A stretch of DNA of 64,000 nt from Squalus acanthias (Eukaryota): positions 33,668,001-33,732,000 of the forward strand of contig CM059432.1 in assembly GCA_030390025.1 (NCBI GenBank). The letters run 5' to 3'. The translations under genes were made by a program, and so were the position numbers. Below, one piece after another: positions 1-12,282 of this stretch. Every line of letters begins with the position of its first letter. Position 1 is the first letter of the stretch. The notes under the pieces are model-generated. The model was not told the DNA's origin and made no database searches. It saw only the letters and a program-made list of their open reading frames with translations.

Positions 1-275
1 GGTTGTGTCCCTGGAATATGTGAGGCTGTGTCCCTGGACTGTATGAGGCTGTGTCCCTGGAATATATGAGATTGTGTCCCTGGACTGTATGAGGCTGTGT
101 CCCTGGAATATATGAGGCTGTGTCCCTGGACTGTATGAGGCTGTGTCTCTGGACTGTATGAGGCTGTGTCTCTGGACTTTATGAGGCTGTGTCGCTGGAT
201 TATATGAGGCTGTGACTCTGGACTGTATGAGGCTGTGACTCTGGACTTCTGTGCCCCTGGAAAATATGACACTGT

Positions 276-1168
276 GGGGTAAAAATTCACTTGGTTGCGC
301 CACCCGTTAGCGCCTTAAGAGGGCGCTAATGGGGCGCAAAGCCGCTAACGCCCGGGCGCAGCGATGTTTGCGCCGCTCGAGAACTTAACTTGAGATTGTG
401 CGGCGGCGCTAAAACTTACCGCTGCGACCACCTGCGCGCGCAGATTGTGACGTCATTCCATGGTGCAACGCCCTTGGGGCGCCCCGTAGCGGAAATTGAG
501 TGGCGCCCCCTGCCTTACCGCCTGGCGCTTCCAACGACCAGAAGACTGGAACGCTATCAATCGCTGTGGGGCTGGGGGGGGCGCTATTTAAAGGGGGCCT
601 CTTCCTGTCTTTTATTGTTGGTGGCATTTTTGAACTACTCATTCTGAGAGAGAGAGGGAGAGACTTCTGGAGAGATTCAACGTTGTGTGAAGGAGTTTTG
701 GGTACTGAGCAGCACTTTGCAGGTTCATTTTGATTTGCCATTCCTTGTATCGATTTAGCAGAGAACGTGGGAGCTGCACTCTGAGCTCTTTGCCTGGTGC
801 TCTCCGTTGTTCTTTCCAGCACATTTGATGTACAGGTCTCTCCAGGCCGAGATTCAAGGCAGCAATGAACAGGATGTGGATGGAAAGCAAGATTAACCAT
901 CCCCTTTAAGAACTGGCCCGTGCCATTGTGTGTGTGTTCCATTGCTGACTGACATTACATGAGCTTCGCCAGCGCTCCGAGTGAGCGCCTCACTGCTCGG
1001 CCTTTGCGCCTTAAGAGAGGTGTGCAGCGCCTGCTTTAGCGCTACACTCACCTCCCGGGGCGGTAAAAGTGAAGTTTCCCGTCAATGCCGATAATTAGCG
1101 CCAGGCGCTAATATTTGCGTCCGGACGATATTTGCGCCCCAAATGGGGCGCGACCTAATTTCTACCCC
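276..1168 (+). mobile_element. Non-autonomous PIF/Harbinger element (MITE-like, 893 bp), copy N1
   Basis: TIRs GGGGTAAAAATT / AATTTCTACCCC. TGT on both sides (273-275, 1169-1171). An empty paralogous site with a single TGT is at 7190-7192. Both ends match the ends of the 4.2-kb elements. Confidence 0.95.
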
Positions 1169-4100
1169 TGTGTCTCTGGAATGTATGAGGCTGTGTCTCT
1201 AGTCTGAATGAGACTGTGTCGCTCGACTGTATGATGCTGTTTCTCTGGACTGCATGAGGTTGTGTCTCTGGGCTGCATGAGGCTTTGTCTCTGGACTGTA
1301 TGAGGCTGTGTCCCTGGACTATATGATGCTGTGTCTCTGGACTGCATGTGGCTGTTTCCCTTGACTGTATGAGGCTGTGTCCCTGGACTGTATGAAGCTG
1401 TGTCTCTTGACTGTATGAGGCTGTGTCCCTGGAATATATGAGGCTGTGTCCCTGGACTGTATGAGGCTGTGTCCCTGGAATATATGAGGCTGTGTCCCTG
1501 GACTGTATGAGGCTGTGTCCCTGGAATATATGAGGCTGTGTCCCTGGACTGTATGAGGCTGTGTCTCTGGAATGTATGAGGCTGTGTCTCCAGACTGAAT
1601 GAGGTTGTGTCCTTGGACTGTATGAGGCTGTGTTTTTAGACTGTATGAGATTGTGTCTCTGGACTGTATGAGTCTGTGTCCTTGGACTGTATGAGGCTGT
1701 GTCTCTGGACTGTATGAGATTGTGTTTCTGGACTGCATGAGGCTGTGTCCTTGGGCAGTATGAGGCTGTGTCTCTGGACTGTATGAGGCTGTGCCCCTGG
1801 AAAATATGATACTGGGTCTCTGGAATGTATGAGGCTGTGTCTCTAGACTGAATGAGGCTGTGTCTCTGGACTGTATGAGGCCGTGTCTCTGGACTGCATG
1901 AGGCTGTGTCCCAAGACTGTACGAGGCTGTGTTTCTGGACTGCATGAGGTTGTGTCTCTGGACTGTACGAGGCTGTCTCTGGGCTGTATCAGGCTGTGTC
2001 TCTCGACTGTATGAGGCTGTGTCTCTGGACAGTATGAGGCTGTGTCTCTGGACTGTATGAGGTTGTGTCTCTGGACTATATGAGGCTGTGTCTCTGGACT
2101 GTATGAGGCTGTGTCTCTGGACTGTATGAGGTTGTGTCTCTGGACTATATCAGACCTTGTCTCTGGAATGTATGAGGCTGTGTCTCTGGACTGTATGAGG
2201 CTGTGTCTCTGGACTGTATGAGGTTGTGACTCTGGACTGTATGAGGCTGTGTCTCTGGACTGAATGAGGCTGTGCCTCTGGACTATATTAGGCTGTGACT
2301 CTGGACAGTATGAGACTGTGTCTCTGGACTGAATGAGGCTGTGTCTCTGGACTGTATGAGGCTGTGTCTCTGGACTGTATGAGGCTGTGTCTCTGGACTG
2401 TAAGAGGCTGTGTCTCTGGACTGTATGAGGTATGTGACTCTGGACTATATGAGGCTGTGTCTCTGGAGTGTATGAGGCTGTGACTCTGGACTGTATGAGG
2501 CTGTGTCTCTGGAATGCATGAGGTTGTGTATCTGGACTGGATGAGGCTGTGTCTCTGGACTGAATGAGGCTGTGTCTCTGGATTGTATGAGGCTGTGGCT
2601 TTGGACTGTATGAGGCTGTGTCTCTGGACTGTATGAGGTTGTGTCTCTGGATTGTATGAGGCTGTGGCTTTGGACTGTATGAGGCTGTGTCTCTGGACTG
2701 TATGAGGCTGTGTCTCTGGACTGTATGAGGCTGTGTCTCTGGACTATAGGAGGCTGTGACTCTGGACTATATGAGGCTGTGTTTCTGAACTGAATGTGTC
2801 TGTGTCTCTGGACTGTATGTGGCTGTGTCTCTGGACTGCATGAGGTTGTGTATCTGGACTGGATGAGGCTGTGTCTCTGGACTGAATGAGGCTGTGTCTC
2901 TGGATTGTATGAGGCTGTGGCTTTGGACTGTATGAGGCTGTGTCTCTGGACTGTATGAGGTTGTGTCTCTGGATTGTATGAGGCTGTGGCTTTGGACTGT
3001 ATGAGGCTGTGTCTCTGGACTGTATGAGGCTGTGTCTCTGGACTGTATGAGGCTGTGTCTCTGGACTGTATGAGGCTGTGTCTCTGGACAGTATGAGGCT
3101 GTGTCTCTGGACTGTATGAGGTTGTGTCTCTGGACTATATGAGGCTGTGTCTCTGGACTGTATGAGGCTGTGTCTCTGGACTGTATGAGGTTGTGTCTCT
3201 GGACTATATCAGACCTTGTCTCTGGAATGTATGAGGCTGTGTCTCTGGACTGTATGAGGCTGTGTCTCTGGACTGTATGAGGTTGTGACTCTGGACTGTA
3301 TGAGGCTGTGTCTCTGGACTGAATGAGGCTGTGCCTCTGGACTATATTAGGCTGTGACTCTGGACAGTATGAGACTGTGTCTCTGGACTGAATGAGGCTG
3401 TGTCTCTGGACTGTATGAGGCTGTGTCTCTGGACTGTATGAGGCTGTGTCTCTGGACTGTAAGAGGATGTGTCTCTGGACTGTATGAGGTATGTGACTCT
3501 GGACTATATGAGGCTGTGTCTCTGGAGTGTATGAGGCTGTGACTCTGGACTGTATGAGGCTGTGTCTCTGGAATGCATGAGGTTGTGTATCTGGACTGGA
3601 TGAGGCTGTGTCTCTGGACTGAATGAGGCTGTGTCTCTGGATTGTATGAGGCTGTGGCTTTGGACTGTATGAGGCTGTGTCTCTGGACTGTATGAGGTTG
3701 TGTCTCTGGATTGTATGAGGCTGTGGCTTTGGACTGTATGAGGCTGTGTCTCTGGACTGTATGAGGCTGTGTCTCTGGACTGTATGAGGCTGTGTCTCTG
3801 GACTATAGGAGGCTGTGACTCTGGACTATATGAGGCTGTGTTTCTGAACTGAATGTGTCTGTGTCTCTGGACTGTATGTGGCTGTGTCTCTGGACTGCAT
3901 GAGGTTGTGTATCTGGACTGGATGAGGCTGTGTCTCTGGACTGAATGAGGCTGTGTCTCTGGATTGTATGAGGCTGTGGCTTTGGACTGTATGAGGCTGT
4001 GTCTCTGGACTGTATGAGGTTGTGTCTCTGGATTGTATGAGGCTGTGGCTTTGGACTGTATGAGGCTGTGTCTCTGGACTGTATGAGGCTGTGTCTCTGG

Positions 4101-4920
4101 ACTGTATGAGGCTGTGTCTCTGGACTGTATGAGGCTGTGTCTCTGGACTGTATGAGGCTGTGACTCTGGACTGTATGAGGCTGTTTCCCTGGACTGTATG
4201 AGGCTGTTTCCCTGGACTGTATGAGGCTGTTTCCCTGGACTGTATGAGGCTGTTTCCCTGGACTGTATGAGGCTGTTTCCCTGGACTGTATGAGGCTGTT
4301 TCCCTGGACTGTATGAGGCTGTTTCCCTGTACTGTATGAGGCTGTTTCCCTGGAAAATATGACACTGTGTCTCTGGACTGTATGAGGCTGTGTCTCTGGA
4401 CTGGATGAGGCTGTGTCTCTGGACTGGATGAGGCTGTGTCTCTGGACTGCATGAGGTTGTGTCTCTGGACTGGATGAGGCTGTGTCTCTGGACTGAATGA
4501 GGTTGTGTCTCTGGACTGTATGAGGCTGTGTCTCTGGACTGTATGAGGCTGTTTCCCTGGAAAATATGACACTGTGTCCCTGGACTGTATGAGGCTGTGT
4601 CTTTGGACTGCATGAGGTTGTGTCTCTGGACTGGATGAGGCTGTGTCTCTGGACTGTATTAGACTGTTTCCCTGGACTGTATGAGGCTGTGTCACTGGAC
4701 TTTATGAGACTGTGTCCTTGGACTGTATGAGGCTGTGTCTCTGGACTGTTTGAGGCTGTGTCGCTGGATTATATGTGGCTGTGACTCTGGACTGTATGAG
4801 GCTGTTTCTCTGGACTGTATGAGGCTGTGTCTCTGGACTGTAAGAGGCTGTGTCTCTGGACTATATGAGGCTGTGTCTCTGGAGTGTATGAGGCTGTCTC
4901 TCTGGACTGTAAGAGGCTGT

Positions 4921-5812
4921 GGGGTAAAAATTCACTTGGTTGCGCCTCCCGTTAGCGCCTTAAGAGGGCGCTAATGGGGCGCAAAGCCGCTAACGCCCGG
5001 GCGTAGCGATGTTTGCGCCGCTCGAGAACTTAACTTGAGATTGTGTGGCGGCGCTAAAACTTACCGCTGCGACCACCTGCGCGCGCAGATTGTGACGTCA
5101 TTCCGTGGTGCAACGCCCTTGTGGCGCCCCGTAGCAGAAATTGAGTGGCGCCCCCTGCCTTACCGCCTGGCGCTTCCAACGACCAGAAGACTGGAACGCT
5201 ATCAATCGCTGTGGGGCTGGGGGGGGCGTTATTTAAAGGGGGCCTCTTCCTGTCTTTTATTGTTGGTGGCATTTTTGAACTACGCATTCTGAGAGAGAGA
5301 GGGAGAGACTTCTGGAGAGATTCAACGTTGTTTGAAGGAGTTTTGGGTACTGAGCAGCACTTTGCAGGTTCATTTTGATTTGCCATTCCTTGTATCGATT
5401 TAGCAGAGACTGTGGGAGCTGCACTCTGAGCTCTTTGCCTGGTACTCTCCATTGTACTTCCAGCACATTTGATGTGCAAGTCTCTCCAGGCCGAGATTCA
5501 AGGCTGCAATGAACAGGATGTGGATGGAAAGCAATATTAACCATCCCCTTTAAGAACTGGCCTGTGCCATTGTGTGTGTGTTCCATTGCTGACTGACATT
5601 ACATGAGCTTCGCCAGCGCTCCGAGTTAGCGCCTCACTGATCGCCCTTTGCGCCTTAAGAGAGGTGTGCAGCGCCTGCTTTAGCGCTCCACTCACCTCCC
5701 GGGGCGGTAAAAGTGAAGTTTCCTGTCAGTGCCGATAATTAGCGCCAGGCGCTAATATTTGCGTCCGGACGATATTTGCGCCCCAAATGGGGCGCGACCT
5801 AATTTCTACCCC
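4921..5812 (+). mobile_element. Non-autonomous PIF/Harbinger element (892 bp), copy N2
   Basis: Near-identical to 276-1168, same TIRs, TGT duplication at 4918-4920 and 5813-5815. Confidence 0.95.
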
Positions 5813-8800
5813 TGTGTCTCTGGACTATAGGAGGCTGTGACTCTGGACTATATGAGGCTGTGTTTCTGGACTGAATGTGTCTGTGTCTCTGGACTGTATG
5901 TGGCTGTGTCTCTGGACTGTATGAGGCTGTGTCCTTGGACTGTATGAGGCTGTGACTCTGGACTGTATGAGGCTGTGTTGCTGGACTGGATGAGCCTGTG
6001 TGTCTGGACTGTATGATGCTGTTTCTCTGGACTGCATGAGGCTGTGTCCCTGGCCTGTATGAGGCTGTATCTCTGGACTGCATGAGGCTGTGTCCCTGGA
6101 CTGTATGATGCTGTATCTCTGGACTGCATGAGGCTGTGTCTCTGGACTTTATGAGGCTGTGTCTCTGGACTTTATGAGGCTGTGACTCTGGACTGAATGA
6201 GGCTGTGTCGCTGGATTATATGAGGCTGTGACTCTGGACAGTATGAGGCTGTGTCTCTGGACTGTATGAGGCTGTGTCTCTGGACTTTATGAGCTGTGTC
6301 TCTGGACTGTATGAGGCTGTGCCCCTGGAAAATATGACACTGTGTCTCTGGAATGTATGAGGCTGTGTCTCTAGTCTGAATGAGGCTGTGTCACTCGACT
6401 GTATGATGCTGTTTCTCTGGACTGCATGAGGCTGTTTCTCTGGACTGCATGAGGCTGTGTCCCTGGACTGTACGAGGCTGTCTCTGGGCTGCATGAGGCT
6501 TTGTCTCTGGACTGTATGAGGCTGTGTCCCTGGACTATATGAGGCTGTGTCTCTGGACTGAATGAGGCTGTGTCCGTGGGCTGTATGAGGCTGTGTCTCT
6601 GGACTGTATGAGTCCTTGTCTCTAGATTGTATGAGGCTGTGTCCTTGGATTTTATGAGGCTGTGTCTCTGGACTGCATGTGGCTCTAACTCTGGACTGTA
6701 TGAGGCTGTGACTCTGGACTGTATGAGGCTGGGTCTCTGGACTGTAGGAGGCTCTGACTCTGGACTGTATGAGGCTGTGACACTGGACTGTATGAGGCTG
6801 GGTCTCTGGACTGCATGAGGCTGTGTCTCTGGACTGAATGAGGCAGTGACTCTGGACTGTGTGAGGCTGTGTCTCTGGACTGTATGAGGCGGTGTCCCTG
6901 GATTGTATGTGGTTGTGTCCCTGGAATATGTGAGGCTGTGTCCCTGGACTGTATGAGGCTGTGTCCCTGGAATATATGAGGCTGTGTCCCTGGAATATAT
7001 GAGGCTGTGTCCCTGGACTGTATGAGGCTGTGTCCCTGGACTCTATGAGGCTGTGTCTCTGGACTGAATGAGGCTGTGTCTCTGGACTTTATGAGGCTGT
7101 GTCCCTGGATTATATGAGGCTGTGACTCTGGACTGTATGAGGCTGTGACTCTGGACTGTATGAGGCTGTGCCCCTGGAAAATATGACACTGTGTCTCTGG
7201 AATGTATGAGGCTGTGTCTCTAGTCTGAATGAGGCTGTTTCGCTCGACTGTATGATGCTGTTTCTCTGGACTGCATGAGGTTGTGTCTCTGGGCTGCATG
7301 AGGCTTTGTCTCTGGACTGTATGAGGCTGTGTCCCTGGACTATATGAGGCTGTGTCTCTGGACTGCATGTGGCTGTTTCCCTTGACTGTATGAGGCTGTG
7401 TCCCTGGACTGTATGAAGCTGTGTCTCTTGACTGTATGAGGCTGTGTCCCTGGAATATATGAGGCTGTGTCCCTGGACTGTATGAGGCTGTGTCCCTGGA
7501 ATATATGAGGCTGTGTCCCTGGACTGTATGAGGCTGTGTCCCTGGAATATATGAGGCTGTGTCCCTGGACTGTATGAGGCTGTGTCTCTGGAATGTATGA
7601 GGCTGTGTCTTCAGACTGAATGAGGTTGTGTCCTTGGACTGTATGAGGCTGTGTTTTTAGACTGTATGAGATTGTGTCTCTGGACTGTATGAGTCTGTGT
7701 CCTTGGACTGTATGAGGCTGTGTCTCTGGACTGTATGAGATTGTGTCTCTGGACTGCATGAGGCTGTGTCCTTGGGCAGTATGAGGCTGTGTCTCTGGAC
7801 TGTATGAGGCTGTGCCCCTGGAAAATATGATACTGGGTCTCTGGAATGTATGAGGCTGTGTTTCTAGACTGAATGAGGCTGTGTCTCTGGACTGTATGAG
7901 GCAGTGTCTCTGGACTGCATGAGGCTGTGTCCCAAGACTGTACGAGGCTGTGTTTCTGGACTGCATGAGGTTGTGTCTCTGGACTGTACGAGGCTGTCTC
8001 TGGGCTGTATGAGGCTGTGTCTCTCGACTGTATGAGGCTGTGTCTCTGGACAGTATGAGGCTGTGTCTCTGGACTGTATGAGGTTGTGTCTCTGGACTAT
8101 ATCAGACCTTGTCTCTGGAATGTATGAGGCTGTGTCTCTGGACTGTATGAGGCTGTGTCTCTGGACTGTATGGGACTGTGTCTCTGGACTGTATGAGGCT
8201 GTGACTCTGGACAGTATGAGGCTGTGTCTCAGGACTGTATGAGGCTGTGTCTCTGGACTGTATGAGGCTGTGTTGTGGACTGTATGAAGCTGTGTCGCTG
8301 GACTGTATGAGGTTGTGACTCTGGACTGTATGAGGCTGTGTCTCTGGACTGAATGAGGCTGTGCCTCTGGACTATATTAGGCTGTGACTCTGGACATTAT
8401 GAGACTGTGTCTCTGGACTGAATGAGGCTGTGTCTCTGGACTGTATGAGGCTGTGTCTCTGGACTGTATGAGGCTGTGTCTCTGGACTGTAAGAGGCTGT
8501 GTCTCTGGACTGTATGAGGTATGTGACTCTGGACTATATGAGGCTGTGTCTCTGGAGTGTATGAGGCTGTCTCTCTGGACTGTAAGAGGCTGTGTGGTAG
8601 AAATTAGGTCGCGCCCCATTTGGGGCGCAAATATCGACCGGACGCAAATATTAGCGCCTGGCGCTAATTATCGGCACTGACAGGAAACTTCACTTTTACC
8701 GCCCCGGGAGGTGAGTGGAGCGCTAAAGCAGGCGCTGCACACCTCTCTTAAGGCGCAAATGCCAAGGAGTGAGGCGCTAACTCAGCGCACGAGCGCAGCG

Positions 8801-8950
8801 CAGCTGCTGCCAGTTAGCGAGGGAACACAGACACACTGGCGCCGGACACTTCTTAAAGTGGGGGGGGCCACTTGCTCCCCAGCCACACCCTGCTCATTGC
8901 AGCCTTGAATCTCAGCCTGGAGAGACCTGTAATCCATTTTGCTGCCAAGC

Positions 8951-10827
8951 ATGGAGAGGGTGAGAGAACGCGCTCATCGCTTCACCGAGCGGGCCTTGGA
9001 TGCTCTGGTTGACGCAGTGGAGCGCAGACGATGCATGCTGTTCCCGGAGAGTGGCAGGAGGCCTTTGCCACGCGAGTTCAGAAGAGTGTGGAAGGAGGTG
9101 GCTCAGAGCGTCTCCTCCAGGAGCATGGTGCCCAGGACCCATGTTCAATGCCGCAAAAAGTTCAACGACCTCACTCGGGTCGTCAGGGTGAGTGGCTTTT
9201 TCTCAATACCTCTCCATCCCTCCATCTCAACCTCACTCTATGGCCAGAGGGTCTTAAAACCCCAATGCACAACACTCATCCAACACCTATGGCCCTTTCA
9301 TCAAACACACACACACATTCCACACTTTGCATACAGTAAGAGCTATTCACCTATGGGAGGCACATCAGGCAAGACCATGGCTGTATATTGTAAGGGCTAT
9401 TCACCTATGGGAGGCACATCAGGCAAGACCATGGCTGTATATTGTAAGGGCTATTCACCTATGGGAGGCACATCAGGCAAGACCATGGCTGTATATTTAC
9501 TCAGATGCTGTCCTTTTTCTTGCAGGCTAAGCTGGCTCATAATCGGAGACAGCAGCAACGGACTGGTGGAGGGCGGCTTCAGCTGCAACCCCTCAGCGAT
9601 CTGGAGGAGCGCGTCCACAGGATTGTGGCAAGCCGGGTGATCGTTCCCGTCGCCACTGGAGACGCCGACCCCGTTGTGGACAGCAATGGTAAGGTCATCA
9701 CCTTTTTGTCCTCTGTCCTTCCACTTGTCCCTCACAATACCAGCCTTTGACACTTTCAATCCAACTTGCTAACTCGCTGCACTTATTCCTCCCTTACTGC
9801 CACCCTGTCCTCACGCTAAAGCCACTCTTGTACCTCCCTGCTTTCAGATGGTGATTCACCAGCTGAGGAGACGGGCCCTGAAGCTGCCACTGGGAGTGAT
9901 GCTGCAGCCGAGGAGGAAGAGGAAGCCGGAGCATCAGTGCCACCCTCTCCCGAGGAAGCCCATGCCCACACTGGGAACACGCCTTCCCCGGAGGGGAGCA
10001 GGGGGGAAGGGGCTGATGATGGTGAAGCTCCAGGACCCAGCGGGCTGCAGCAACGCCATGGGGGGAGTAGGGAAGAACGGGGGCCTTCTCCCCAGAGGGA
10101 GAGTATGCCAGACACTCCTACTGCAATGGACGCAGAGGAGGAGCGGCTGATTGCAGAAATGAACACCCAGGCGGTGGGCATGCACACTGAGCTCATGGGT
10201 GCAGTGGGAAGGGTGCCCGAATGCATTGAGTCACTGGCAAGGAGTGTGGAGCACTTCGCTGTAGCACAGGCGGATGCCACACTAACGCTTAGTGCTGCAA
10301 TTCAGTCACTGGCTGCCGTGATCCCACCTCTGACTGCTCTCATACAGACTCAGATGGAGGCCACGCGAGCACAGACTGCTGCCAACCTCGATGGTTCGTG
10401 CACATGTCCCCGGGGCTGTCACCGCGCCGCAGCAGGCCAGCAATCTGTTCTCCGGCAGATTGCTCCGGATGCTGAAGTGCTGCCCCGTGGGAGTGCCAGT
10501 GTGTCGGGCGAGCAGGGAGTTGCTGTCCTCTCGCACGATGACAGCATTCCTGCTGCCAACACTGTCACTTCTCCACTGCACTTGCCACCGCCTGTAGGAC
10601 AGACTGCTGCCGCCCATGCAGAGTTGGTGCAGTCTGCAGCCGGGCCCTCCAGGCCCAGAAGTGGTCGAGGCCGTCCTTCAGGGGCATCTGCAGTGTCAGG
10701 GTCTGACGAGCAGCAGCCTTCCACCAGCCTTGCTGCAGCCACTGAGGTCCCATTACGGAGGAGCAGTAGGGTTAGAAGGGGGGAAGTGCGCAAGGGAAGG
10801 AGATCACCCTCGAAGGGCAAAAAGTAG
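8951..10827 (+). CDS. Harbinger Myb/SANT-like DNA-binding protein, 3 exons (8951-9187, 9526-9688, 9848-10827), predicted 459 aa
   Basis: Exon 1 reads RFTERALDALVDAV...W.EVA..V......RT..QCRKKFNDL (Myb/SANT-like, NAIF1/MSANTD type). GT-AG introns (AGG|GTGAGT, TTGCAG|, ATG|GTAAGG, TTTCAG|) join in frame to the RTGGG motif and to ORF 9937-10827, which has a basic C-terminus. Confidence 0.88.
9341..9497 (+). repeat. 54-bp tandem repeat (3 copies) in intron 1 of the Myb-like gene
   Basis: GCTATTCACCTATGGGAGGCACATCAGGCAAGACCATGGCTGTATATTGTAAGG occurs 3 times here and twice in the other two full-length copies. Confidence 0.9.
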
Positions 10828-11121
10828 GAGGTGTGCCAAAATGCTGGTCATTTTTTTATTAAAGGCCGAGGTTCATGGTCCAACTTTTGTTTAGTGTTTT
10901 GGACATTATCTCCAGGTTGTGAGAACCAGTTATGTTATTGACTGTTTTTTTGTGTTTATTTCTATGAGTTTGTCATGAGGAATTGACACACACAGAGTTT
11001 GTAAAATAAATAAGTTTCTGTATTCAAAATATACATGGCTGGTGGTTGGAATTATTGGTGCCTTGGCCGGCTTAGGGGTTGCGTGCTGGGTTGATTAGTG
11101 TTTGTAGCAATGGCAGGGGCC

Positions 11122-12282
11122 CTAGAAGCGGCTTGCTATTAGTCGTTGACGGACGGCCCTTGCAGTTTGACCATTGTGGGCCGCCCTCCTGCCTTGGTGC
11201 TGCTGATGATCATCGTCCTCGTCCTCTTCCTCCTCTTCCTCCTCCTCCTCTGGTGGTGCTACAAGGCCTGGTGGCATTGGCTGGGTCCTGAGGATTGCCA
11301 TGTTGTGCAACATGCAGCACACGACTACGAAGTTCGAAACTTGCTCAGGCGAGTACTGCGGGGCTCCTCCGGAATGGTCCAGACAGCGGAACCGTTGTTT
11401 CAGCACGCCGATTGTGCGCTCAATAATGTTCCTGGTTGCTTGATGGCTTTCATTGTACCGCAGCTCAGCAGGGGTGTTTGGCGTATGGAGCGGTGTCATT
11501 AGCCAGGTGCTCAATGCGTACCCCTTGTCCCCCAGAAGCCAACCAACTGGCTGATGCGGTGCCTCAAAAACCTCTGCCACAGTAGTCTGGCGCAGGATGA
11601 AAGCATCGTGGCAGCTGCCCGGATAGTGGGCATTGACAGCGAGTATCACCTGTCTGTGGTCACAGACCAACTGGACATTCAAGGAATGGAACCCCTTTCT
11701 GTTCCTGAATTCCTCTGCATTCTCTCGCGGAGCACGCAAAGCCACATGCGTGCAGTCAATGGCGCCCTGCACCATGGGGAAGCCCGCTACCCTCGCAAAG
11801 CCCAGAGCACGGTCACGCTGCTTGTCTGGGGTCATAGGGAAAGAGATGAAGTCTCGTCTCCTTCTGAAGAGGGCATTGGTGACCTGCCGGATGCAGCGAT
11901 GCACCGCAAACTGGGAGATATTGGCGAGGTCCCCAACAGCAGCTTGGAATGAGCCAGTGGCGTAGAAGTTCAAAGCCACTGTGACCTTCACTGCCACCGA
12001 CAGAGACGTCCTGGACCTCAGCTGAGGCTGCAGATCTGGCTGCAGCAGGTGGCAGAGCTCAGTGACCACCTCCTTGCTGAATCGCAGCCTTCGCAAACAC
12101 AGCTCCTCGGACATATGGATGTAGGAGAGCTGTTCACGATATACCCTGGGAGGGTAAGCTCTCCTGTACATGCGCCTGATGGCCCTCCTCCGTCTGGCCA
12201 TCATTGCCACTCTCTGTCTGCGTCTTGGTATCCTCCGATTGAGCTGGAGCAGGACGACGCCCCCAATCATTGCAGCCCCCAT
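11122..12282 (-). CDS. Harbinger (HARBI1-like) DDE transposase, 386 aa, intact
   Basis: Motifs RLRFSKE, ALNFYATGSFQ (HTH region), GAIDCTH, NRKGFHSLNVQLVCD, PGSCHDA, LLGDKGY, YNESH..TRNIIERTIGVLKQRFRCL, CCMLHN. Start at MGAAM taken by analogy with 22252-23412. Confidence 0.96.
   Translation of the reverse strand: MGAAMIGGVVLLQLNRRIPRRRQRVAMMARRRRAIRRMYRRAYPPRVYREQLSYIHMSEELCLRRLRFSKEVVTELCHLLQPDLQPQLRSRTSLSVAVKVTVALNFYATGSFQAAVGDLANISQFAVHRCIRQVTNALFRRRRDFISFPMTPDKQRDRALGFARVAGFPMVQGAIDCTHVALRAPRENAEEFRNRKGFHSLNVQLVCDHRQVILAVNAHYPGSCHDAFILRQTTVAEVFEAPHQPVGWLLGDKGYALSTWLMTPLHTPNTPAELRYNESHQATRNIIERTIGVLKQRFRCLDHSGGAPQYSPEQVSNFVVVCCMLHNMAILRTQPMPPGLVAPPEEEEEEEEEDEDDDHQQHQGRRAAHNGQTARAVRQRLIASRF

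Noticed and set aside
390..942. Small ORFs in the Harbinger terminal regions (e.g. MRLCGGAK.., MAPPALPP..), repeated in every copy
   Set aside because: Mostly non-ATG starts in GC-rich subterminal DNA, overlapping on both strands. Their recurrence only reflects copy identity.
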